Shown here piece after piece: positions 1 to 9,122 of a DNA stretch of 64,000 nt. This DNA comes from an uncultured Lachnospiraceae bacterium. GTDB lineage: Bacteria > Bacillota > Clostridia > Lachnospirales > Lachnospiraceae. Made by a program: the position numbers and the translations under genes. The stretch is from NCBI GenBank assembly GCA_947626795.1, contig CANQTH010000001.1, positions 37,554 through 101,553 of the forward strand. Direction: 5' to 3'. Positions within the stretch are counted from its first letter, which is position 1. Every line of letters starts with the position of its first letter. The notes beneath the pieces are model-generated. The model searched no databases. It saw only the letters and a program-made list of their open reading frames with translations, and was not told the origin of the DNA.

Positions 1-2
1 TA

Positions 3-389
3 TTTGACGCCATACAAGTCGAACGCCGCCTGGATCCTGCCGTCTTCCCCATTCTGCCCGTGCAGCGCCAGGAACACGATATCCGCCTTCCTGCAAAGCG
101 CAACGACGTTTGGCCCGAACAGACTGCCGCTCTGGTCCTTCCGGCTCTTCTTTACCGCCTCAATGTCCGGCGCCTCCGACGAGATCTCCCGCGCCTGGAC
201 GCTCGCCTCCTCGGAACGCTCGAAAATGCCGTCCAGATCCGCTCCTTCTTCTTCCCCATATCCCATAAACACATCCAGCAGGATGACGTTATGCCCATTT
301 TCCCGCAGCGCGCCCGCCACGTTCTCCCCCGTCACGAAAGACACGTCGCGCTCCGTGCTAAGCCCTCCCGCCAATACTACGATATCCAT
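3..389 (-). CDS. ddl: D-alanine--D-alanine ligase, 5' part (runs off window start)
   Basis: Manual translation MDIVVLAGGLSTERDVS...DIVFLALHGQNGEDGRIQAAFDLYGVKY carries the Ddl GGxSxERxVS and LHGxxGEDG motifs; GGAGG RBS upstream; absent from ORF track. Confidence 0.9.
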   Translation of the reverse strand, partial: MDIVVLAGGLSTERDVSFVTGENVAGALRENGHNVILLDVFMGYGEEEGADLDGIFERSEEASVQAREISSEAPDIEAVKKSRKDQSGSLFGPNVVALCRKADIVFLALHGQNGEDGRIQAAFDLYGVK

Positions 390-518
390 ACAAACCTCCC
401 ATCTTCGCAAGACAGCGCGCCCTTAGTGCCGCTGTCAGCCGCCTCGTCTGCCGGCCCGATCTTCCCGCCCATGCGAGAAAACGCCCCCATCTCATTCCGT
501 TGAGGGCTTCCCGATCCA

Positions 519-1046
519 TTAAAATTCCGGCTCGATCAATCCGTACGTATTTCCTTTTCTCTTATAGACGACGTTCACCTGTTCCGTCTCCGCATTCTGG
601 AACACGAAGAAGTTATGCCCCAACAGCTCCATCTGCACGCAGGCGTCTTCCGGATACATCGGTTTCATCCCGAAGCGCTTGGTGCGGATGATCTTGACTT
701 CTTCCTCGTCCTCCACCTCTTTCTCGATAAATTCCTTCTGGAAATTCGCCGCCGCCTGCTGCTGGTCGATGATCTTGTTCTTATACCGCTTCAACTGGCG
801 CTCGATGACTTCCTCCACCAGATCTATGGAAACATACATATCATTGCTTACCTGCTCCGACCGGATGATGTTCCCCTTTACCGGAATCGTAACCTCTATC
901 TTCTGCCGCTCTTTTTCCACGCTCAGCGTCACAGAAATATCTGTCTTGGGCGTAAAGTACCGTTCCAGCTTCGACAGCTTATCTTCCACTGCCTTACGCA
1001 GTCCTTCTGTTATATCAATATTCTTCCCGCTAATTATAATATGCAT
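519..1046 (-). CDS. hpf: Ribosome hibernation promoting factor (long HPF)
   Basis: MHIIISGKNIDITEGLR...DMYVSIDLV...KPMYPEDACVQMELLGHNFFVF; start corrected to ATG 1046. Confidence 0.92.
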   Translation of the reverse strand: MHIIISGKNIDITEGLRKAVEDKLSKLERYFTPKTDISVTLSVEKERQKIEVTIPVKGNIIRSEQVSNDMYVSIDLVEEVIERQLKRYKNKIIDQQQAAANFQKEFIEKEVEDEEEVKIIRTKRFGMKPMYPEDACVQMELLGHNFFVFQNAETEQVNVVYKRKGNTYGLIEPEF

Positions 1047-1176
1047 GATACACAGCCCCTTTACTTTTTTTTGGATTATATCACATTGCAGTCTCAAATA
1101 CAAGAAATCCGTGGGATTTCTTGACATTTTCGGGCAGAAAGGATAGGATGGGATTAAGAAAAAGAAAGGGCATATC

Positions 1177-1911
1177 ATGAAACCAAGAACCGCTTTCATC
1201 ACCGGAGCCTCCCACGGCATCGGGCGCGCCATCGCCGCCAAATTCGCCAGCGAAGGCTATCTGCTCGCGATCAACTGCCACCGCTCGGGGGACGCGCTGC
1301 GCGCATACGCCGGGGAACTTTCCCAGATCAGCCGCCTGCCCTGCCTGCCGCTTGTGGGGGACGCAAGCGACGAGGCCTTTCTCGCGCAGGCGTTCCGCAC
1401 GATCGGGCAGGAGCTTGGCTCTGTGGACGTTTTAATCAACAACGCCGGGATCTCGCACGTCGGCCTCCTGACCGACATGAGCTTAGACGAGTGGCAGCGC
1501 GTTTTGGACGTCAACCTCACGTCGCTGTTCTGCTGCTGCAAACACGCGATCCCAGGAATGGTGCAGAAAAAATCCGGCTCGATCTTAAATATCTCTTCCG
1601 TCTGGGGCATCGCCGGGGCTTCCTGCGAAGTGGCCTATTCCGCTTCCAAGGGCGGCGTCAACGCCTTCACGAAGGCCTTGGCGAAGGAGCTTGCCCCCAG
1701 CGGGATTTCCGTCAACGCGATCGCCTGCGGCGTCATCGACACCCGGATGAACCAGGGGTTTTCCGCCGGGGAACGCGCCCGGCTCGCCGAAGAGATCCCC
1801 GCCGGGCGTTTCGGCACGCCGCAGGAAGTCGCCGAGCTTGCGTTTTCCATCGCAAATGCGCCCGCCTACCTGACCGGGCAGGTCGTCTCCCTGGACGGCG
1901 CCTGGCTGTAA
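1177..1911 (+). CDS. SDR oxidoreductase (FabG/YmfI-like)
   Basis: TGASHGIG, NNAG and YSASK motifs. Confidence 0.88.
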   Translation: MKPRTAFITGASHGIGRAIAAKFASEGYLLAINCHRSGDALRAYAGELSQISRLPCLPLVGDASDEAFLAQAFRTIGQELGSVDVLINNAGISHVGLLTDMSLDEWQRVLDVNLTSLFCCCKHAIPGMVQKKSGSILNISSVWGIAGASCEVAYSASKGGVNAFTKALAKELAPSGISVNAIACGVIDTRMNQGFSAGERARLAEEIPAGRFGTPQEVAELAFSIANAPAYLTGQVVSLDGAWL

Positions 1912-1995
1912 CGCAGACGCCCCTCGCGGCAGCCGCCAAATGGACGGCGTCCGCCGGGCTCGCTGCTCGCGGGAATAGAGGAAAGGAGACATTCA

Positions 1996-2298
1996 ATGGA
2001 AGAACAGAAACACCCGCACGAACACCAGCACATCCATGCCCACGAACAGACGCAGGCCGTCTTAAACCGGATGTCCCGCGCGATCGGGCATATGGAAGCC
2101 GTAAAGCGCATGGTCGAAGACGGGCGCGACTGCAGCGAGGTCCTCGTCCAGATCGCCGCCGTCCGCTCCGCCATCAACAACATCGGGAAGATCATCTTAG
2201 AAGACCATATCTCGCACTGCATCGTCGACGCCGTGGAGAACGGCGACCAACAGGCCTTAGACGACTTAAAAAATGCGATCGGGCAATTCGTGAAATGA
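1996..2298 (+). CDS. CsoR/RcnR-family metal-sensing repressor with His-rich N-terminus
   Basis: RMSRAIGHMEAV..RDCSEVLVQIAAVRSA..EDHISHC; N-terminal HPHEHQHIHAHE. Confidence 0.88.
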   Translation: MEEQKHPHEHQHIHAHEQTQAVLNRMSRAIGHMEAVKRMVEDGRDCSEVLVQIAAVRSAINNIGKIILEDHISHCIVDAVENGDQQALDDLKNAIGQFVK

Positions 2299-2320
2299 CT
2301 GCGAGCCGCATCCGGTTCAC

Positions 2321-2824
2321 TCAATAAGCCCGGATGGTATCGTTCTCGTCCTCGGACGTGTTCTGGATCTTCCGGATCTCCACGTAATACCCGTACGTCT
2401 CATTGACCGCCACGTAGACGCGGTCGCCTTCTTTGTGGCCAAGGACCGCCTTCCCCAGCGGGGATTCCGTGCTGATCAGGTTCTTCATGGAATTTCCCCG
2501 GATGGACGTCACCAGGCGGAACACCTGCTCCTCATCATCCTCCTCAAAATATACCGTGACCGTGTTGTTGATCCCCACCTCATCCTCTTTCGAGACGTCG
2601 GACACGATCTCCGCCGTCTTCAGCATCCGCTCCAGGTACCGGATCCGGCTCTCGTTCTTGTTCTTGTCCTTTTTCGCGGCATGATACTCGAAATTCTCGC
2701 TCAGGTCGCCGTGCGCCCGCGCCTCCTTTACCGCCTCGATCGCCTCCTTGCGCACGACCAGCTTCCGGTACTCGATCTCCTCCTCTATCTTTTTTACGTC
2801 GCTTTTTGTCAATTGCTCCCTCAA
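2321..2824 (-). CDS. greA: GreA/GreB family transcription elongation factor
   Basis: ARAHGDLSENFEYHAAK and ISTESPLGKAVLG; TTG start with GGAGG RBS. Confidence 0.85.
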   Translation of the reverse strand: MREQLTKSDVKKIEEEIEYRKLVVRKEAIEAVKEARAHGDLSENFEYHAAKKDKNKNESRIRYLERMLKTAEIVSDVSKEDEVGINNTVTVYFEEDDEEQVFRLVTSIRGNSMKNLISTESPLGKAVLGHKEGDRVYVAVNETYGYYVEIRKIQNTSEDENDTIRAY

Positions 2825-2943
2825 AGCTATCTTCCTCCCTTTCCAAGACCCCGGGCGGACGCGTATCTTCCGCGCGGCCGCCCCAGTTTGATCCAATAGT
2901 AACAACTTAGCTCAAAAAAAGCAAAAAATCAAGCATTTTTTAT

Positions 2944-2972
2944 TTGACAAGCCAAAAAAAATATGTTATTAT
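2944..2972 (+). promoter_or_regulatory. sigma-A promoter of tRNA-Pro
   Basis: TTGACA-17 nt-TATTAT with extended TG, 13 nt before the tRNA. Confidence 0.75.
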
Positions 2973-2985
2973 GCCATAGTGACAG

Positions 2986-3059
2986 CGATGCGTGGCTCAG
3001 CTTGGTAGAGCGCTGCGTTCGGGACGCAGAGGTCGCAGGTTCAAATCCTGTCGCATCGA
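2986..3059 (+). tRNA. tRNA-Pro(CGG)
   Basis: Acceptor CGATGCG/CGCATCG, anticodon arm CTGCG-TTCGGGA-CGCAG, T-loop GGTTCAAATCC. Confidence 0.95.
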
Positions 3060-3212
3060 TTACACTTGGATTTCAGTGCGGAAAGCGTGTAAATCCTTGG
3101 CAGGGGCGGCTTCCAGAGGTTTCAATGAGAAATCTCCGGAAGCTTCTTTTCATCATCTGAGGGCAGAAAATATAGCTGATTTCGTCTAGTTCTACAAAAA
3201 GTTCTACAAAAC

Positions 3213-3389
3213 TTAATGGAATAAGTCTGCACATGATCCAGACAGTTCTTCAAGGTCATCAGGCGTTTCATTCAGACGTTTTTTGTTAAAATGGCTGTAT
3301 ATGTTCAAAGTTGTGCTGGTGTCTGAATGCCCAAGCCAGATATGATACGTGCAATTATATCTGCTATGTGCTAAACTTAAATCGTCCAT
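3213..3389 (-). pseudogene. Chimeric remnant: IS200/IS605 tnpA N-terminus joined to a tyrosine-integrase C-terminus
   Basis: MDDLSLAHSRYNCTYHI (TnpA start) directly followed by WLGHSDTSTTLNIYSH (integrase LGH..Y catalytic end); CCCCGGC-GGA-GCTGGGG hairpin at about 3497-3516. Confidence 0.7.
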
Positions 3390-3701
3390 TGGACACCTCC
3401 GCTGTATTTTGATGTGGTTTGCCAGACCTACATTCATTATACAGCGAAGGTTTTTATTTCGGTACTCTGCTCACCGCCTCCGGCATCTGGTTAGTCTCCC
3501 CAGCTCCGCCGGGGGATTTATACTGTTTCATTAAAAACAGGGGAGCCAATTCCAGTGGATATGCCAAATGAAAGCAGGTATGTTTAGGGAACGTTTAAAA
3601 GATGATTCTATTTGGAAGTACAAAAAATAGAATGCAGGAAACCTTTTGGATTTAAAGTCTCCTGCATTCTCTGCACTTTAAAGATGTAACACAAATACTG
3701 C

Positions 3702-4571
3702 TTAATTTTCTTCCAACATCTTTATTTCATTCAAAGAAAGCCTTGATATGTCGGCAATCTCATCTAACGTATATCTGCCGGATTTTAGCATTCGGATCGC
3801 AGTTATTTTTTGCTCTTGTTGCATACCTTGCTGTATGCCTTCTTCTATTTTGGATTTGTCTCTTAAAATTAACCGTGGCTCCATAAGTTCCATCAATGAT
3901 TCATACATGCTCTCATCCTCCATCATTTTCCTGATAAGCTGTTTGTTTGCGTCTATACTGACTTTTAGGACAGAATCTGCCATCTCCTTGTCAAATTCTC
4001 CTTTCAGTCCGCTTACCCGTTTCAATAACTGTTTTACATCTTCTTTTTGAAGTTTTTCGGAAAGGGATTTTAACCAGACATGTCCATCTCCCTCTAATTC
4101 CTTTGTAACAATAATTTGCAAAGGAAACAGGCTGCCCGTATGGATGCGGTATATCCCTTTGCGGGAACAGGTTGTTTCAAATCCTTTTTCAGAAAGATAT
4201 TTAAAAAGCCTCTCCGGTTTCCCTTCCCTGATGATCGTTGTTGTAATATCATCTTCATTTATCCCGGCAGATGCAGTTCCAGCAGTCTTATAGATACAGG
4301 CATATCCTTGTACTTTATAAAATGTGTTGATGTTCAGTTCGTCTCCGGGAGATTTGTATTCTATGATATTATGCCCCCGGAAAAACAGCCCTATTTCGTT
4401 TTTCAGTTCAACAGCTGGATCTTTTTTGATGATCAGCAAATCGGTTTCCAGCGGTTTCGTGTTCAGGTTATACTCTTTTTCAAAAATCAGATCATTTCTG
4501 TTTTCCTTAAATTCCAAGTTCATGGCAGCGACAAATCCCGGATGCCATTGTATTTTCGTATCTTCCATCAA
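3702..4571 (-). CDS. PD-(D/E)xK nuclease, Rpn/YhgA-like, copy 1
   Basis: PLETDLL..NIIEYKS nuclease core; C-terminal EEGIQQG..AIRMLK..LDEIADISRLSLNEI typical of Rpn proteins. Confidence 0.7.
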   Translation of the reverse strand: MMEDTKIQWHPGFVAAMNLEFKENRNDLIFEKEYNLNTKPLETDLLIIKKDPAVELKNEIGLFFRGHNIIEYKSPGDELNINTFYKVQGYACIYKTAGTASAGINEDDITTTIIREGKPERLFKYLSEKGFETTCSRKGIYRIHTGSLFPLQIIVTKELEGDGHVWLKSLSEKLQKEDVKQLLKRVSGLKGEFDKEMADSVLKVSIDANKQLIRKMMEDESMYESLMELMEPRLILRDKSKIEEGIQQGMQQEQKITAIRMLKSGRYTLDEIADISRLSLNEIKMLEEN

Positions 4572-4898
4572 GCAACTCCTTTTCTTAATTGGATTATATC
4601 ATATTTTGAGGATTTTACAACATAGCCGGCACGCCCGTTTTCAATAAAAATTCTACAAAAGTTCTACAAAATAAATTTTTGAAAAAATCAGCGAAATTGT
4701 GGGATGGAAAAATCCAATCCGGGAAACCCTTGAAAATAAAAGCTTTCAAAGCTGTCAGATGAATTTTGAAAATACGGTATTGTTTGGGGGATGTCAGCAG
4801 GGTTATTGTATTTGAACGCAAAAAAAGAATGCAGGAAACCTTTTGGATTTAAAGTCTCCTGCATTCTCTGCACTTTAAAGATGTAACACAAATACTGC

Positions 4899-5768
4899 TT
4901 AATTTTCTTCCAACATCTTTATTTCATTCAAAGAAAGCCTTGATATGTCGGCAATCTCATCTAACGTATATCTGCCGGATTTTAGCATTCGGATCGCAGT
5001 TATTTTTTGCTCTTGTTGCATACCTTGCTGTATGCCTTCTTCTATTTTGGATTTGTCTCTTAAAATTAACCGTGGCTCCATAAGTTCCATCAATGATTCA
5101 TACATGCTCTCATCCTCCATCATTTTCCTGATAAGCTGTTTGTTTGCGTCTATACTGACTTTTAGGACAGAATCTGCCATCTCCTTGTCAAATTCTCCTT
5201 TCAGTCCGCTTACCCGTTTCAATAACTGTTTTACATCTTCTTTTTGAAGTTTTTCGGAAAGGGATTTTAACCAGACATGTCCATCTCCCTCTAATTCCTT
5301 TGTAACAATAATTTGCAAAGGAAACAGGCTGCCCGTATGGATGCGGTATATCCCTTTGCGGGAACAGGTTGTTTCAAATCCTTTTTCAGAAAGATATTTA
5401 AAAAGCCTCTCCGGTTTCCCTTCCCTGATGATCGTTGTTGTAATATCATCTTCATTTATCCCGGCAGATGCAGTTCCAGCAGTCTTATAGATACAGGCAT
5501 ATCCTTGTACTTTATAAAATGTGTTGATGTTCAGTTCGTCTCCGGGAGATTTGTATTCTATGATATTATGCCCCCGGAAAAACAGCCCTATTTCGTTTTT
5601 CAGTTCAACAGCTGGATCTTTTTTGATGATCAGCAAATCGGTTTCCAGCGGTTTCGTGTTCAGGTTATACTCTTTTTCAAAAATCAGATCATTTCTGTTT
5701 TCCTTAAATTCCAAGTTCATGGCAGCGACAAATCCCGGATGCCATTGTATTTTCGTATCTTCCATCAA
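4899..5768 (-). CDS. PD-(D/E)xK nuclease, Rpn/YhgA-like, copy 2
   Basis: Protein identical to 3702..4571. Confidence 0.7.
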   Translation of the reverse strand: MMEDTKIQWHPGFVAAMNLEFKENRNDLIFEKEYNLNTKPLETDLLIIKKDPAVELKNEIGLFFRGHNIIEYKSPGDELNINTFYKVQGYACIYKTAGTASAGINEDDITTTIIREGKPERLFKYLSEKGFETTCSRKGIYRIHTGSLFPLQIIVTKELEGDGHVWLKSLSEKLQKEDVKQLLKRVSGLKGEFDKEMADSVLKVSIDANKQLIRKMMEDESMYESLMELMEPRLILRDKSKIEEGIQQGMQQEQKITAIRMLKSGRYTLDEIADISRLSLNEIKMLEEN

Positions 5769-5960
5769 GCAACTCCTTTTCTTAATTGGATTATATCATA
5801 TTTTGAGGATTTTACAACATAGCCGGCACGCCCGTTTTCAATACGCCAGATTTTAAAGGGCGGTGGAATTTACTTTTTCACTGGAATTTCGGATTGCAAG
5901 TCAGCCCCGTTTTCAATAAAAATTCAAATCCCTGTCGCATCGATTCTTGGCAGGGGCGCT

Positions 5961-5995
5961 GGAAAGTCTTTCCAGAAGGCTTTCCGGTCTTTTTT
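5961..5995 (+). terminator. Intrinsic terminator, probably the native tRNA-Pro terminator displaced by the island
   Basis: GGAAAGTCTT...AAGGCTTTCC stem followed by a T-run. Confidence 0.6.
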
Positions 5996-6141
5996 ATACA
6001 GACAAAAAACGCACAAAAAACAAAAAACGCAATCCATAAAATTTTACTTGTAATCCGGGGAAATTTGTATTAAAATATACTCCAAGCTACCGCAAGGCGG
6101 CTAAAGGGAAGATTCATTTTATTTATAAGGAGGATTTAAGT

Positions 6142-6312
6142 ATGGCATACGTAATTACAGATTCTTGTGTAAGCTGCGGTACGTGCGAAGGGGAATGTCC
6201 AGTAGGGGCGATCTCCGCTGGCGACGGCAAGTATGAGATTGCAGAAGATACCTGCATCGACTGCGGTACATGCGCAGGGGCTTGCCCGACAGGCGCGATC
6301 GAGCAGGGTTAA
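6142..6312 (+). CDS. fdx: 2[4Fe-4S] ferredoxin (56 aa)
   Basis: Manual translation MAYVITDSCVSCGTCEGECPVGAI...CIDCGTCAGACPTGAIEQG; two CxxCxxCxxxCP motifs; AGGAGG RBS; missed by ORF track. Confidence 0.95.
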   Translation: MAYVITDSCVSCGTCEGECPVGAISAGDGKYEIAEDTCIDCGTCAGACPTGAIEQG

Positions 6313-6381
6313 TTTTCCGTAACAGGGCAGCCGCAAGGCTGAACGGTTAATTTTTCCTGCAAATTCAGTTTTATGGACAAA

Positions 6382-6489
6382 AGGGGCTGTCGCCTCAAGG
6401 AACGCAAAGCGCGAACGGTCGCATCGCCCGATTCCGGGCGTCGTGCCGTATCTTACGCGCCTGGCCTGATCCTTGCCGCGGCAGCCCTT
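6382..6489. repeat. Long imperfect inverted repeat between convergent fdx and merR (terminator or MITE-like)
   Basis: AGGGGCTGTCGC...CAAGGA and TCCTTG...GCGGCAGCCCTT ends. Confidence 0.45.
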
Positions 6490-6504
6490 GTCTGAATCCC
6501 CGGC

Positions 6505-7125
6505 CTATGTCGTCAGGTTCGGGTTCAGCTTCTTCTCCTTCCGCAGGAACCTGCGGTTCTCGGCTTCTTTCGCTTTCTTTTCCTTCTTCGCGCGCCTCCC
6601 GCTCTTTCCCGCGCGGATGGCTTCGTCCAGCTTGCGGAATCTCTCTTCTTCCGCCTCGTCCTGCTCCCGCATCAGATAATTCATTTCCTTCAAGACGCGG
6701 TCGCCCACCTGGAGGCCCACTTCCTTTCCCAACGCCTGGTTATTCTCCTCGATCGCCTGCTTGACAAGCGACGCCATCATCGCGCGGAATTGCTCCAGCC
6801 TCGCCGCGTTTGGCGCGGCATGGGTCTGCTGCTCCGGCAGCCTCTTCTGTGCCGGCCCCGGATATTCCAAGTCCGCCTGGGCAACGTCCTGGCCCTGCTT
6901 TTGGATATTATGTATCATCATGCGGATGGCCTTGAGCTGATAGCCCTCTTCCTTCCACTCTTTTATCTTTTGGAACTGCGCTATATTCTCTTCTGTGTAA
7001 TAGCGGTGTCCCATCTCGTTGCGGGGAATCTGGAGTTCCAACTCTTCTTCCCAATAACGCAGCACATGGGACTCAACATTGACAATATTTGCCGCATCCG
7101 AAATCATATAGCGTGTCGCTTCCAC
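6505..7125 (-). CDS. MerR-family HTH protein with coiled-coil C-terminus
   Basis: YMISDAANIVNVESHVLRYWEEEL..RNEMGHRYYT; GTG start after AAGGAGG. Confidence 0.85.
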   Translation of the reverse strand: MEATRYMISDAANIVNVESHVLRYWEEELELQIPRNEMGHRYYTEENIAQFQKIKEWKEEGYQLKAIRMMIHNIQKQGQDVAQADLEYPGPAQKRLPEQQTHAAPNAARLEQFRAMMASLVKQAIEENNQALGKEVGLQVGDRVLKEMNYLMREQDEAEEERFRKLDEAIRAGKSGRRAKKEKKAKEAENRRFLRKEKKLNPNLTT

Positions 7126-7307
7126 ATCTTTACCTCCTTTTCGGGAATATTTCCGACAAGACGGATCAGCATGGCATTCCCCTTTCCGCCGTCCGGCGGG
7201 CATGGGGCTTGTCCCCGTATGCTGATTCTATTGTACCGATTTCCTCCTCCGGTTACAATCTTTTTTCATCGTGAAATCTCGACAAGAATCTATGCGTTCA
7301 CGGCGCG

Positions 7308-8639
7308 TCAGCGCTTTTCCATATTCACGAATTTGGTATACTGTGGCAGCCAGACTAAATTGACCGTCCCGACCGGGCCGTTCCTCTGCTTGGCAATGAT
7401 GATCTCCGCTACGTTTTTCTCCGCCGAGTCCTTGTTATAATAATCGTCCCGGTAAATGAACATCACGACATCCGCGTCCTGCTCGATCGCCCCCGACTCG
7501 CGCAGGTCGGACAGCATCGGCCTGTGGTCGGGCCTCTGCTCCACCTGGCGGCTCAGCTGCGAAAGCGCGATGATCGGGACGTCCAACTCTCGCGCCAGCC
7601 CTTTCAGCGCGCGGGAGATATCGGAAATCTCCTGCTGCCTGGAATCCGTCCTCCGGCTGGACGTCATGAGCTGCAGATAATCTATGATGACCAGCTTCAG
7701 GCCATTCTCGATCTTATATTTCCTGCATTTGGAACGCAGCTCGGAAACCGTGATGGACGGCGTATCGTCTATGATCACCTTGGAGCGCGCGATGACCCCC
7801 GCGCCTTCGATCAGCTTCTCCCAGTCCTGATCCGCCAGGTTCCCGGAGCGCAGAAGCTGCGCGTCGATGCGGGCCTCTAGGGAAAAGAGGCGGTTCACCA
7901 ACTGCTCCTTCGACATTTCCAGGCTGAAGATCGCCGTGCATAAGTTGCTGTGGAACGCGACGTACTGGGCGATATTTAACGCAAACGCCGTCTTCCCCAT
8001 GGAAGGGCGCGCCGCGATCAGGATCAGGTCGGACGGCTGCAGCCCCGACATCCGATAGTCCAGGTCGGCAAACCCGGTCGCGATCCCCGTGACGTTCCCT
8101 TTTAACTTAGAGAGGATCTCGATCTTTTCCAGCGCGCCGACTACCAGATCCTTGATCGGGACGTAATCCGACCCGTCCCGGTCCTGGAGCAGCCCGAAGA
8201 TCTTCTTTTCCGCATCCTCCCGGATATCCGCCAGGCTGTCCTGCCCCAGGTAGCATCGGTTCGCGATGTCCTCGCTTGCTCGGATGAACCTGCGCAGCGC
8301 TGCCTTTTCCTTCACGATCTTGATATAATATCTCACATTGGCCGACGTCGGCACCGACGCGATCAGCCCGCCGACAAATTCCAGGCTGCTCACCTCCGGC
8401 GGGGCGTCCTTTTTCCGCAGGCGGTCCTGCAGCGTGACCATGTCCACCGCCTGGCCCTCGTTGGAAAGCTCCCCGATCGCTTCGAACAAAAGGCCGTACT
8501 GCTGATGATAAAAATCTTCCCGCGTCAAAGCTTCGAGCGCGGACAGGGCGGCGTCGCTGTCCATGATCATGCAGCCGACGACGGACTGCTCCGCCTCTAA
8601 ACTATTCGGCATCGTGCGCCGGATCAGGGCTTCTTCCAT
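7308..8639 (-). CDS. dnaB: Replicative DNA helicase
   Basis: AARPSMGKT, IDYLQLM, LSDLRESGAIEQDAD, KQRNGP. Confidence 0.97.
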   Translation of the reverse strand: MEEALIRRTMPNSLEAEQSVVGCMIMDSDAALSALEALTREDFYHQQYGLLFEAIGELSNEGQAVDMVTLQDRLRKKDAPPEVSSLEFVGGLIASVPTSANVRYYIKIVKEKAALRRFIRASEDIANRCYLGQDSLADIREDAEKKIFGLLQDRDGSDYVPIKDLVVGALEKIEILSKLKGNVTGIATGFADLDYRMSGLQPSDLILIAARPSMGKTAFALNIAQYVAFHSNLCTAIFSLEMSKEQLVNRLFSLEARIDAQLLRSGNLADQDWEKLIEGAGVIARSKVIIDDTPSITVSELRSKCRKYKIENGLKLVIIDYLQLMTSSRRTDSRQQEISDISRALKGLARELDVPIIALSQLSRQVEQRPDHRPMLSDLRESGAIEQDADVVMFIYRDDYYNKDSAEKNVAEIIIAKQRNGPVGTVNLVWLPQYTKFVNMEKR

Positions 8640-8672
8640 AAGAGCCTCCTTTTCTTCCGTAACGGCCGCGCG

Positions 8673-9122
8673 CTATCCTTCTGTCACGTTCACCTTGAGC
8701 GTCCCCGTCACCTTCGGATGGAACTTGACCGTCACCTCATGGACGCCCAAAGTCTTTAGCCCGCCCTCCGGGAGCTGCATCTTCTTCTTGTCCAGCTCCA
8801 TCGAAAGCTGCTCTTTGGCCGCCGCCGCGATCTCCTTCGTCGAGATCGAGCCGAACGTCTTGCCGCCTTCCCCGGTCTTTAACGTCACGGTCACTTCCTT
8901 GCCGCCGATCTCTTCCGCCAGTGCCTTCGCCGCGTCCAGGTTCTCCTGCGCGATCCGCTCCTCGCGGCGGTTCCTCTGCTTTAGCTCGTTCAAGTTCTTC
9001 TGGGTCGCCTCCACGCCCAGCTTTTTCGGCAGGATCAGGTTCCTGGCATAGCCGTCGCTGACTTTCACGACGTCGCCCCTTTTCCCCAAAGACTTCACAT
9101 CTTCCAATAAGATCACTTTCAT
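8673..9122 (-). CDS. rplI: 50S ribosomal protein L9
   Basis: MKVILLEDVKSLGKRGDVVKVSDGYARNLILP; synteny with dnaB and gdpP. Confidence 0.97.
   Translation of the reverse strand: MKVILLEDVKSLGKRGDVVKVSDGYARNLILPKKLGVEATQKNLNELKQRNRREERIAQENLDAAKALAEEIGGKEVTVTLKTGEGGKTFGSISTKEIAAAAKEQLSMELDKKKMQLPEGGLKTLGVHEVTVKFHPKVTGTLKVNVTEG

Larger units (their letters stand above)
3629..5843. repeat. 1018-bp direct duplication (3629-4646 and 4826-5843), period 1197
   Basis: Same sequence from AGAATGCAGG to TTTCAATA; no difference seen by eye. Confidence 0.92.
3040..5945. mobile_element. Decayed tRNA-Pro-integrated island bounded by att-like direct repeats
   Basis: tRNA 3' end TTCAAATCCTGTCGCATCGATT (3040-3061) recurs with one extra C at 5923-5945; AT-rich interior; integrase remnant; terminator-like hairpin just after the right repeat. 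Confidence 0.8.

Noticed and set aside
3629-5843. Integron cassette array
   Set aside because: No IntI and no attC-like bottom-strand hairpins recognised; the two units are identical.
6136-6336. 66-aa minus-strand ORF in the track
   Set aside because: Shadow of the plus-strand ferredoxin 6142-6312.
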